Source: Laetmonice hystrix
Taxonomy: Eukaryota
Assembly (NCBI GenBank): GCA_965235115.1
Contig: OZ249439.1
Location: 26,102,001 to 26,166,000, forward strand
Direction of reading: 5' to 3'
DNA: 64,000 nt
Of this stretch, positions 52,549 to 64,000 are shown piece by piece. A program made the position numbers and the translations under genes. The notes beneath the pieces were generated by a model. It was not told where the DNA came from, made no database searches, and worked only from the letters and a program-made list of their open reading frames with translations. Position 1 is the first letter of the stretch. Every line of letters starts with the position of its first letter.

Positions 52549-53180
52549 ACAATGTCCTATACACCCGAAGTCCTATACCATCCTATAAACATGTCGACAG
52601 GGTCAGTAACGTAAAGAAAGTGCGAGATTGTGCAGCACATAGGTGTTGGTAACCAATGACCGTCAAATAATCGATCCAATGACTATATATCACGTCTCGG
52701 TTTACATATTATAATAATCTCAGCAAGGACAAAATATTCATGTCCTTTAAGGTCAGTATGTTCACCGAAAGTAAAGAAACTCTTTACTGTGACAGAATTA
52801 CTTGGATGTAGAACCAATCAAGACTCTATTACAGTAATATATCCTTGCAGGCCGTTTACCTGCCCCTGAGGTCTGCTATTTTTACCTTTTTAATTAACCT
52901 CTAACGTCAGGAATACGTACATGAACAAATTTAGTCTCCCGGGCAATTATTGAAGCACCATTTCCTAACTCACATCAACATTATCCGAACTAGCGGCCAC
53001 CATAATCATAGCTCGTGATGAAGAAAGAAAGAAAAACACAGCTGAAGACACAACGTCTTCATCTTCTTGAAGTTTACTCACTAAAAAACCCACCTGATAA
53101 ACAACTCTTTAATTCTGTCCCAACATGGCACAAACAGCTCGCTAGCATTGATTAATAGAAATGCCATGTGGCGTACTTAC

Positions 53181-55886
53181 CCTCTCCGACGAACTTGTGG
53201 AGGACTGGGATGAAGGCGAGGGGGGATACTGTCTCTTAGGGGGCAGAGGGGGTTCCTCCATCTTAATATTGAAAGTCACTTCTTTCTTTAATGAGCCGTC
53301 CATACTGCCCATGGTGGAGTTATTGGAAATATGATGGGAATCGAGCCCTTCCTTTGTGTCCTTATTGGACAAGATGTTCTGGGCGTTCTTTTTAGTCCTA
53401 CTCCCCTTGCGGTCTCGCCCGTCGCAAGACTTGATTATGATAATAGCCACAATCAGAATGGCCATGACAATGGCCGAGGCAATGGTCAGTGCGATCACTA
53501 TCGTCCTGTTGATTGCAGTCAGCCCTGCAGGCTGGCCAATAAAGTCAATGGTCAGCGACTTGTTGACCACGATATTGAGTATAGTCGCGCTGAGATGCTG
53601 CGAGGGCCCGAGGTCTCGTACGTGCACCTTGAAGGTGAAGAGCGCGCTCTCGATCGACCCTAGGTCGGAGTCGACGGACACTGCGCCCGTTGTGACGTCC
53701 ATCTTGAAATACCTGTCCTCGTTGCCGTTGGCGATGGTGTACGCCATCTTGGCGTTGTTAGTCTGCGGGTCGTCTTCGTCATGCGCAATGATCCTTGTGA
53801 CGACGTAGTCGAGTGGGAGGTGGTTTGGCAGGTAGATGGTGTTGTTGCTGTCGGTCGGGAAGTCGATGACGGGACCGTTGTCGTTCTCGTCTATGACGTG
53901 TATTGTGACGCTGACCGATGACGTCATTCCCGTGAAGCCAGGGTTGCTGGCCTCCACCGTTAAGTAGTGGATGGGTTTCTTTTCGCGGTCCAGTTTCTGC
54001 AAGGTTATGATCCGTCCCGTTTCGGCGTGTACCTCGAAGTAGTCCGTCGATCCGATCGGGGCCAGGGTGTAGCGGATCCGATTGTAAGGCTCGGCATCGC
54101 GGTCGGTGGCCGAGACAATGCCAATTGTCTTGTGAGGGCCTTGGTTCTCATTCACTTTGAAACTGTACGACTGCTTTTGAAATTTGGGCACTTCGTCATT
54201 GACATCGAGAATCGTGATCATTACTACGGCTGAGGATGTTTTCCGTGGCGTTCCACGGTCCTCAGCAATTACGTGGAAACGGTACTCCTCCTTTGATTCG
54301 AAATCAAACTGGATATTGGCCCTAATGGCGCCACTGGTCGGGTGAATCTTAAAGGCACTGCCCGAGTCTCCAGGCAGCCGGTAGGTGACGATGGCGTTAG
54401 AACCTTTGTCCCTATCTGTGGCGTTCACAGTCACTAGGATAGCGTTCACCCGGTTGTTTTCTCGAATCCTATAACTGTAATATTTCTTAGAGAAACTCGG
54501 AGCGTGATCGTTTTTGTCTAGCACGGTAACCGTGATGGTTTCTGTCGTAGACTGCCGCGGGTCCCCGAGGTCTTGGCACGTGACCATCACTTCAAACCGG
54601 GCCTCTTTCTCCCTGTCCAGGCCGATGCCGGTCACGATTTTGTACTGGGTGCCCTGGAGTTGCTCCAGGTGAAACCTTGAGTCAGTCATGAAGCAGACAA
54701 CCTCACCGTTCCTCCCGCTGTCCTGGTCCTTGGCCGAAATGTGCGCCACGAACGCCCCAATGGCGGAGTTTTCCTCGACCTCAGCTCTGCCGCTTGGGGT
54801 GAGAGTATTGATGCTTACCTGTGGGGCGTTGTCGTTGACGTCGCGGACGTTGACGATGACAGCCGCCGTGCCTGGTTCAAGCTTTGGGCCGCCATCGTTG
54901 GCGCTCACCACAAGGTGGTAGACGGATTCCTTCTCGAAATCTAGAGGTCTTTTTAAATAAATCTCTCCCGTTTTTGGATTGATTCCAAAGATGCCACCGT
55001 AATGCTCGCGGGTGCGGTCAGTAAAGCCATAGGTGATCTTGCCGTTGGCTCCGATGTCGCGGTCGGTGGCGTGGACCCGGAGAATTGTGTGGTTAAACGG
55101 GGCGTCCTCAGCAACCAGCACAGAGTAAGTCTGATTGTCAAATTTAGGCCGGTTATCGTTAGCATCAGTCACTGTGATATTGATCGTCATCTTGTCCGAT
55201 TTAGCCGGCACGCCGCCATCGAAAGCGGCCACTTTGATCTCGTAGAAATCCTGCTGCTCCCGGTCAAGTTGTTGGCGAAGGACCAGCTTCAAGTCAGTCT
55301 CGCCCAGTCCTCGGTTCGTCTGTCTGATATCGAAGTACATGGAGCGTGAAGCGAGTTCGTACATCTGTACGGTAAAACTACCACTGTCCGGATCCTCGGC
55401 TAGCGGCAGAGCGAACCCCATACCGGCCGGGGTCGCCTCCGATATCTCGAGCCTGATTTGTTTCTGAGGAAACGTCGGTCTGTTATCATTGGAGTCCATG
55501 ATTTCTATTTTCATGTTGATGACCTGAAAGTATTGTGCAGGGCCCACTGCTACGTCTAGGAATACTTCACAAACCGGTTGGTGTGGGCACATGGCATCGC
55601 GGTCAATGCGTCTTGAAATCCTCAACATGCCCGTCGTCTCTTCGATATCAATGGCGTTAAAGTTCACGTCTGGTTGGTCGAGAAAACTAAACCGTAGCTT
55701 CCTTAGGTCGGCACGTGTGTACTTTTGTGATAATCGGGCGTCGTTCACAATGTTCCCGATCAGGGTTCCTCGGGGCAGCTCCTCCATGATGCGGTACTCC
55801 AGGAGAGAGCTGGGTTGACTCCCGACTTGGTGGGCCACGCAACACAATACCACACAAAGGAACACACCTGCACGCTGGGCATCCAT
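53181..55886 (-). CDS. Pcdh: Protocadherin (7-EC, delta1-like), large ectodomain exon: signal peptide, EC1-EC7, TM and proximal cytoplasmic tail (902 codons)
   Basis: 914-aa ORF with ATG in strong context (ccagccATGG) and a hydrophobic N-terminus. It has seven repeats with cadherin motifs (LDRE/LDFE, DxNDNxP, AxDxDxG) and the protocadherin EC1 DRD..C-X5-C (CPHQPVC). TM segment TIVIALTIASAIVMAILIVAIIII lies at ~53433-53501. A consensus donor AGG|GTAAGT at 53181/53180 gives a phase-0 junction after ...SSSER. Symbol is family level only. Confidence 0.96.
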
Positions 55887-56411
55887 GGCTGGCTATATGG
55901 TGGTGGGGTATCCGAAAACCACATGCAACCCAGCAGCAGCAGCAGCAGCAGATCCAGCGGAGACAACTCAAGGAACCTTCCCCTTGGGTCTACAGCCACG
56001 GGGCAAATTGATCGCCATAAGCTAAAGCATGGTGTCCTCTGGCTTTTATCGTCCTATGGCACTTTCACTGGCAGCGCAGACCCCAGCGCTAAGATAACAG
56101 GCCGTGCCGCAGCTGTGGCACCATCGGCCTGCTGGCCGCAGCCTGCTCCCAACCGACACACTCACTGGGCATTATTCTTTTAGGGGGCCGCGCTTTACAT
56201 CTAGTACCTCTAAATTGATCAAAATCGCCTCTTTTTAAAGCTCACCACTGGCCTTTGACTCCTGATGCTTGTGTGGCATTAAAGTTAAATGCAATCCGGT
56301 GAGAAGGTTGGACGGTGAAATGGACAAGTTGGATGCGCGTGTGGCTTGGAGGCCAGGGCATGGACATAATGAGAGGTCTCGTGCACTAACACGGCCGCCC
56401 TCCGTCATTAC

Positions 56412-56560
56412 CTGGCGCTCTCGTCGATCGCCGGCCCGGTTCTGTTACTCGGCGCCGCCTCGGTACCACCACTCGCTCCAAACCACTCTGCTCCGCCACC
56501 AACCTTGGCTTGACGTCGACCGCCGCCTCCACGATCAATCTGCCCCATTCACAACCATTC
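56412..56560 (-). promoter_or_regulatory. GC/CpG-rich candidate promoter / non-coding first exon of the protocadherin
   Basis: CpG-dense block ~0.5 kb upstream of the ATG ending in donor-like CAG|GTAATG (56412/56411). Possible acceptor cctgttatcttag at 56089. Confidence 0.3.
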
Positions 56561-56947
56561 CATGACTCCCCGCCACGATTTCCTGCAAAACAAGCAAAAG
56601 ATGAAATATAACACATTTCAGGATTGTAGGATACTGGGGTTAATGTCTGTCATGGCTAAAGTACCTGGTTATTGGTGGGGTCTGACTGACGGAACGAAGC
56701 GAGAAGTTGGCACAGGATGATGAAGGTACACATATATAGAGACATACAATATTCAAAGCTTTACTCCACTTGACTGGCAACAGTAGCAGCGTTAACTCGT
56801 CCCTGCCCTCCGTGACAAGGTCCAGAATGTAAGTGAGGGTTGCCAGCACAGTCAGCTGTCACCCTGCCTTTGTTACCGTCTGCTAGGGGAGGGGGTGGGT
56901 ACTTTGCACCTCTCACACGACACGTTAGCAGACACAGACACACAACC

Positions 56948-57002
56948 GGGGGGAGGGAGGGAGGGAGGGAGGGAGGGAGGGAGGGGAGGGAGGGAGGGAG
57001 GG
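56948..57002. repeat. (GGGA)n polypurine repeat ~1.1 kb upstream of the protocadherin ATG
   Basis: Direct reading. Confidence 0.92.
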
Positions 57003-60000
57003 ATGCACACATTTATAATTACGTGCCAATCAAGGCTGGAGTAAATCCCGTTTCCCAATCACACCTTCCTCTGACCACCCACATATGCGTACAACAAGAA
57101 AGAACTTCTTTTAAATCGTTTTTATTTCCCGCTGTGTTGGTCAAGGCTAGGAGATGGTTGGTCAAGGCCTGCCAGTGGGGGTCAGACCTGGGTCGGCGGA
57201 CCAACCGAAAGTCCGGTAGTCATGGCTGGGTACGTTACCATATATCACTCGCCCCTTGTCCACACTGACAATGACACCCCTGGTCCATACACTCACACAC
57301 TCCTTCGTTTGTGCTCATCACAAAACGCCTCCGTCCACTCCTCCCAAAATGTTTCCTTGACAGGAAAGTTGCATTCATTGTGAACTGTGCACAGTCGGTG
57401 TGTGCTAACTTGCGTGACAATGAAAGTTAAGATCGATGGAGGGTGAATTTTTGAGTGAGGTTGTCTGGGCGGCGTATGGTTGAGGGCAGGGTCCGGGGGG
57501 AGGAGGAGGAGGGGGAGGGGGTTGGAGGAAAGTCTTACGATGCCCTCCTACAGCCAGACTTAATCAAGCCCACTGGGGGTAGGACGAGGACATCTCACAC
57601 TATCCACCGTCAGTTACCTACACAATGTGTCCCTTTTATGGTCCCCACTGCTCGCCATGGCCGCCCCACTGTGAGCATTAGTCACAGCGTACACCTGACG
57701 TAAAGTAAAGCCTTCAATCCCTGCCTAACAACACGCTCCTTAACATCAACCATCGGCTCCGCCCACTGTCTGCCTATCGGTCGTCACATCAACCCGCGAC
57801 TGGCCGACTCCCAATCCCCGGCAGTGAGCGGAACCGGCCGAGACACACCGACTGCCAGCAGGAATCAGCTTTACCCTATCTCTGCCCTGCCGTACCTTCA
57901 GACTCAGTCGAGTGTAGCAGATGTTGTGGCGGGGAGAGACAGCCGCCGCATGGCTCGGATCTCAAGTCAGGGGCTTCAAGATTTGGATGGCAAGTCTCCC
58001 AGTGGGATTTCCAAACACAAGTGTTGGATAATGACAAGTCCTCCACTGGGGGATGATGGCGATTAAAACTCCTCCATGACCTGGGTGAGGGGACCCCCTC
58101 CAGGCAGCCGGTTACTGGAGCACTGATCCAGGCAGGCTAACCCCTCTGTCATAATCTCCATGGCCTCTAGTCACACCCTGTCATCAAAGCCGTGTTGTGA
58201 CCCGCGGCCGGGATTCTCCCGCGGGGGACACCCTCCCCCTCCCCCCTAATGATGTCATCGGGCTGTCTCCTTGATGACAATCCACCGTGGTACCGGCTAA
58301 TAATTACACACGTAATTATTCACTGCGGCCTTTTAAAGAAAAGGTGGGAGGGGCGAGAAAGTGGCTGGACCTTGTGTGGGGAGGGTGTGTGTGAACATGA
58401 ACCGTTACCCACCTGACTGAGCCCCGGACCCCAGCAACTATAATTAGTGTTATGTTCCGTTTAAAATGCCTGCATATTCCTAGCGGGCACACCGGGATGA
58501 AATGCGAGCAGTCAGGAGGCCCTAGCTTACGGCGAAACGGAAGTCGTCACCCTCGTCAAGTCGTGACTTTCGCACGGAAAAAATACCTACCCCCGACCAC
58601 CAAACCAGCCCTCCCATCAATCAAACCGCACGTGGCAGCATGCGCTCGGGTCTGATGTGGTGGCAACTTTTGAATATTAATGAATTAATTCCATCTCAAT
58701 GAGCAGCGCCCCGCGGCACGGGGAATTTTTAATTTACACCTATCCTGATGGCGTCGGTTCTTTAAGGACCACACGATGTCTGATACTCCGAGTCCTGACA
58801 ACAACGCTCTCCTCCTGTGGCCAGTCTGAGCTTACTGGAGAATTAATCTCCTCTAGTAAGCTCAGGCACATACTGGGCAGCCGACTCCTCCCGAGCCTCT
58901 GCAAACACGTCCAATCACGTTTGGAACATCAGAATCAGATTAAAAAAACGACCAGATTGAGTTAAGAGTGTTTGCGTGTTTAAACTTTCATGGCTGTGAA
59001 CCGAAGCGAATTGATAGAACGTGAGTACTATACAAAACATGTCTTCTTATTAAACAAATCTGATTTACTCCATACTGTTACCGAGTTGCCTTCACAAATA
59101 CATAATTCAGTGAGATATCGGCAAAGATTGAAAATGAGTAGCATATTTCAAATGACGTATGCAATGTTAGGGATTACATCATTTTTGATTTTAAGTGTGG
59201 GTAGTCAGAAATTTATCATCCATAGCATGCAGAGTGCAAACATTACGACGAAATAACCGACTAATATAACGGCTTAATCAACAACGATTTGCTTTGTCTC
59301 AGTTAGAAAGCTAAGTAATTACTCCGAACCACAGGAAAATTATACTTCCAACCATGATTGATTCTTATACGATTTAATCCCATAATGAACACAATTTCTA
59401 GTTCTGCAAAGTTTCGAAATGAATCACACACAATGTTCTATATGATTCAGCATCTACGATACCACTGCTCGTAAAAATATATTTACTTTAATAACCGCCG
59501 TTACCTTTCTTTATATCAAACTTTTCTCCCCGTCACAGGGCAACACGATTCCTTAGTGACATTTTTCATCAGGAAATTCTTCACAATAATTGCACTTTAC
59601 ATCTAAGGGTTCTTGATGTTCGACTGCTAAAGTGTACCTTAGAAAGAAGAGCCCATTAAAAGGGGATACCCTGCTTAAATTTACTAACACTGAGGATGAA
59701 TGCTACAAATAATGTGGAAAAAGAAGGATCTTTTAGTACATACAGGCACTTCCCCGCCATACAGAACCCCACTCTTCTCCTTGAAATTCAACTTTTGCAA
59801 GTTGCAAACAAACGGAATTACGGTTCGGACAAAACAACCTCCCGGAACAACATCTTTTTTTTTCAGTTCACACAATTATCATTGCCTTCAGCGTTAAGTC
59901 GAGGGGCGCCATTCCTTCAAAGAAGTCAAATCAACCAAGTCATATACACTAACAGTACAACCCGGTGGAGTGACTACTGAGTTTTACTCATACTTCAGTG

Positions 60001-63000
60001 TTGTTAACGCAATCAATGGCTCTGAAAATTACCATATTGAAACAGTTCTGATCTTTAAGTGCAAAATTATTCTAAATGTGAACAACATAAAACAAAACAC
60101 CGATTTCTTTGAAGAGTCCATTAGTTTGAGGCCATTAGGAACGGCCAAGGAAGGCAATGTATTCACTGGTTTTTTTTATTATCTTACTTCTTTTCTTTCG
60201 AAGTTTGTTTTTTTAACTGATGACAAGAAACCCTAAAGTGGCTAAACGTGGTTCTCCCTGACCAGACTCTAACGGGGATTTAACACACGCTGCGTGTTTG
60301 CACGTGTGTGCATTGTCAGATCTGGTATGAGTAATTTATGAAACACAACGCCGCGCACTCACACTCAAGTCTACAGGCGCAATTACTCACATAATCAATC
60401 CAATCTTTAAATAGATCCAAGAACTCATAGACTTTTGATCTCAGTGCTGCCTTTTCCTTGTGTGTCGAATCGCTTTGTTTTCCCCCCTTTTTGTTTGTTT
60501 TGTTTTGTTGACTTTGGTGTAATGTTTCACAACTAACATTCACTATTCTTTCATTCTAACTTCTAAAAAAGTTTCCAACCTAAGCTGAATGCACCCTACC
60601 GCGGCGAGGTCTCAACTTATTTGTCGTTTGCACAACTCTACGAAGAGTTTGATAATACTTGCTAACTTTTGATAGATGTTTGCTAACAGATGTTTGTACA
60701 AGATCCATTTGTACAAGATCCAAACAAGGATGCGCGTCAACTCCACCTTCCATGGAGACCCAAAATGGTTCATATCTTTATTAATACATTATACCCTCCC
60801 CCTATACCCTCCATTGGTCCACATAGTTCAGCAACTGTGAACGTCCCTATTGAAGCGTAACCTGTTTTACACGAACGTGTGAGCTATCCTGTTACACAGA
60901 GTTAACGCTCCAAATTAACAGCCATTGTCACCGTAATAATGGGACTAAATTTGAAACCATAATTTCATTAAATCTATCAATGTATGTGTGAATGGCCATT
61001 GATACCACACCTGTACTTGCCCAGTTTGACTGACCCCTAGATTAACAGTTTACCCAGCTGTAGGACCAGCCAGTCGTTATCCCAGCAGGGGTTACATCAA
61101 GACTGACCTGAGGCGTGCTGAAAGCCCGCCACCGAGCATACTCTCCTGTTATTAGTGGCTGGTATATCGTACTTAATGTGGCCAGATTATCAGCCACTTC
61201 CTCACGACCATACACTGGTCATTGAGTTTCACCGCTACGTGTGTGGGGGGGAAAACCCCCAATCGTCCACCCCAGACAAGGCTGTCGGTACACTGAGTTG
61301 CGAGTATTGTGTAGTTTGCTGAGTGTTATCCCCAGTAAATATTTGAGAGTAGCCGTTCGTACACAATGCCCTCACCGTACGGCTATTTGCACGGCTCGCT
61401 CTGCCTAGTGTAACAGCTCCGGTCGCCAAGTGGACCCTCCCCGGCTCTGATGGCCCGGCGATATTTTGTTGGACATCTCCAGATGGGATGTTAAACACAA
61501 CTGCCATATAAACGGATATGCTTATAACCATGTTACATTACAATGCGAACAATAGCGGAATGCCTGCATCTAGAAAACTGACACCGGTTCTTTTGACACA
61601 GTGAAAAGGGCGAACCCAAAGAGTGCCCCAAACTCGATACGACCCCCAGATGGCCCCAAAATAATAACCTAGCGAGGAATGGAAGCGGTCGCTCGGTCCA
61701 GACCAAACCCGACCCGAGGGATACATTTCAGGAGGCCAGTAGCAGTTGGGGAGAGGACATAAAAATGGTAGCCTGCATTGATTGGGGGGAATGTTGAAGA
61801 ATGGGACGCGCTGGTGGAACCCTTGTCTGTACACCAGTAATGTGATAATTCCCCTCGAGTCCCAGACTGAGCAGGGCTTCCACGGAGTGCGACTGTCATA
61901 TGTACCCGATAGGCAAGCAAACCGAGTCCGGACGACTGCGGACCCCCAGCGGAACGACAACCTGTCACAATGGCTAGGTAGGGGGGCACGATTTGACGGG
62001 TCGTTGAATGGTCAGGGCGGGCCGGCCACCGAAACGTCACCGGCTCCTGAAAGGACTTCTCCGGTTAGTCCCCTCCGCAGCTGGGCAACACTTGAAACAT
62101 TCAGCGCTTGCCCTTTTTCCTCCCGCCGGCCGGCCTGCCTGCGGGCAGCTGATGGTAATGCTGGGGTATTGAAGTTGGGGACCAGCTCCCTCCCGCAGCG
62201 CGTCCATGACAACTGTCTGCTGCCCGTGCGTGGGACCATTTGTAAAGGCAGAGGGTGGACTTGTTTGTAACGGACTCCCGACAGCCCCCTGGCTCTGGGG
62301 ACCCGCCGTCAAATTAATCACCCGCTTAACAAGGAATAAAGCATTAGGGCAAAACAAACTACATGTGTTCGCTTTGTTAGCTTGCTAGGCACTCTGTGAA
62401 CCATGAGTCGGTCGTCTTTGGGAATCACGGCTTCGCGTAACCACTTGATTTCTTCACAAACGGCCACTGTTTCACGTTCATATTTCTCATCCATTGCCTC
62501 TCAATAACTGCTTATCCTTTCAAACAAACAAAAACTTATCAGATTGTGTGCAGTCCGTGTAATTTAAGCATGTAGGGAGATTTTTACAAGTCAAGCTTTC
62601 TCCTGGAAGTTGTCATCTTGTGTTGTTGTCGAGCTTTAAGCCACAACTCTTTATCAGATCGACGTCAGTGGCGACATGCAACCCTCCAATGGTCATGGCT
62701 CGACGATCGACACGAAAATAAATGGAAATGGGTAAATTGTTCTTGCGCGATGCTCCCAATTGAATAAAAGCCATTTTCACTGTCACTTGGGGGAAGGTTG
62801 GCCTGTGGACATCGCTCTGACTTTGAGACGCGGCAGCGAATGTCGAGACAAGGCCGTCAGTGTGCGGATGTGGCTGTCAGACTGATTCAGTGAGGCCTCC
62901 CGAAACACCCCACAGACTGCAGACAAGAGCACCCCATCCCCGCCCCACGGCACCGACGTCATGTGACAAGTATTCCGAGAGATGGCCAGCACATCCCCCT

Positions 63001-64000
63001 GCCTGCCTGCACAGCTCCACACCAGGCAGTGCACTACAAAGTCGCCTGACAACCAACTCCTAATAATTGATGATCTTTAGCCGCGGATCACATCAGTAAA
63101 TAATCCACAACCGTTCGGGTGCTACCGTTAAACTCGGAGCTCCGCCAGAGCTAACCAGATGAAGCAATTAAATTTTTGCCTTACTAACAGACTGTCTCAA
63201 CAGCACTTCTGAAAACGGCTTGGCGGAGCAAGCGTGGCAACGCTCCTGTTGTGGGGCAAAATCACGCCGTCAAGTCAATTTGTCTGATACGTTTTGCTGC
63301 CAGACGCCAAACCAGCACGGGGGTGGAAGTTGTGATAATTATCAACAGGGAATAGTCTTATCGCTAGGAGGAGCCATATGGGCAGGGGCGGCTGGCGCTG
63401 ATCAACGCTGATCTATGGCAGACGACACTAAAAAGGCACAGTCGAGTTGGTCTGTGCGTGTTTGAACGGCCGGGAAACACAGACCATCTCTCCTCCCTGC
63501 CTTATTTAACAACTGCCACTTGAGACGATCTTAAAAATGTCCTGGGCATTGAGACAGAACTCAGTCTGTCAACAATAAATCAAACTGCTAAAATGAGTTT
63601 GGCTGGCGGTCCAAAGAAAATGGCACCTACTGGGAGAAGAAATGTTCTGATAACAAATCTCTCCGTCGTGATTAATAACGGAAGGTTGTTTTTGAAAGTT
63701 TTCGCTAAAGAATACAAATCTCAGATTTTCATGACAATCCGCGCGCCAGGTTCCGGTGCTGCAGACGTTGTTCAATATAAACCTTCTGATGTTGAAGTCA
63801 GTGTTTGTAGATTTAATGTTCTAGCTTCATTTCTCCCTCCCCCTCCAACGACCACCCATCAGACCTAGGTCCTTCTAGGCATTTATAGTAAATTTTGTCC
63901 CATGCCAAACTCTGTTTCCGTATTCAACTCTGCTTTAAGCCTGACATCAGTTCAGCATCTCAGCGTTAGACCCGGCATTTGGAAGAGCCCAAAAATCAAT

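Larger units (their letters stand above)
4228..53180 (-). other. ~49-kb intron of the protocadherin gene (may contain further unrecognised exons)
   Basis: GTAAGT donor at 53180 and CAG acceptor ending at 4228, with matching phase. No other recognisable long ORF in the interval. Confidence 0.65.

Noticed and set aside
53331-56183. Several plus-strand ORFs (60-150 aa) overlapping the protocadherin exon
   Set aside because: Antisense shadows of a GC3-rich coding exon with no recognisable motifs.
61538-62357. Overlapping 100-160-aa ORFs on both strands upstream of the gene
   Set aside because: GC-rich sequence with no domain similarity or consistent splice structure.

Overview
Animal (invertebrate-looking, possibly spiralian; the taxon cannot be fixed from sequence alone) genomic DNA dominated by one minus-strand protocadherin gene. 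A single 2.7-kb exon (55886-53181) encodes a signal peptide, seven cadherin repeats, a transmembrane helix and the start of the cytoplasmic tail. The tail includes a KKEVTF (RVxF-type) motif. A phase-matched small exon 49 kb away (4227-4101) encodes a DSGKG/CM1-like motif and is flanked by clustered alternative splice sites and a candidate micro-exon. The intervening intron holds microsatellites, 48-bp and 36-bp minisatellites, many poly-G/C runs, a 128-N assembly gap, homotypic motif clusters, hairpins and short, heavily decayed transposon-like protein fragments. No rRNA, tRNA or CRISPR array was found. All motif comparisons were made by eye, not by database search.
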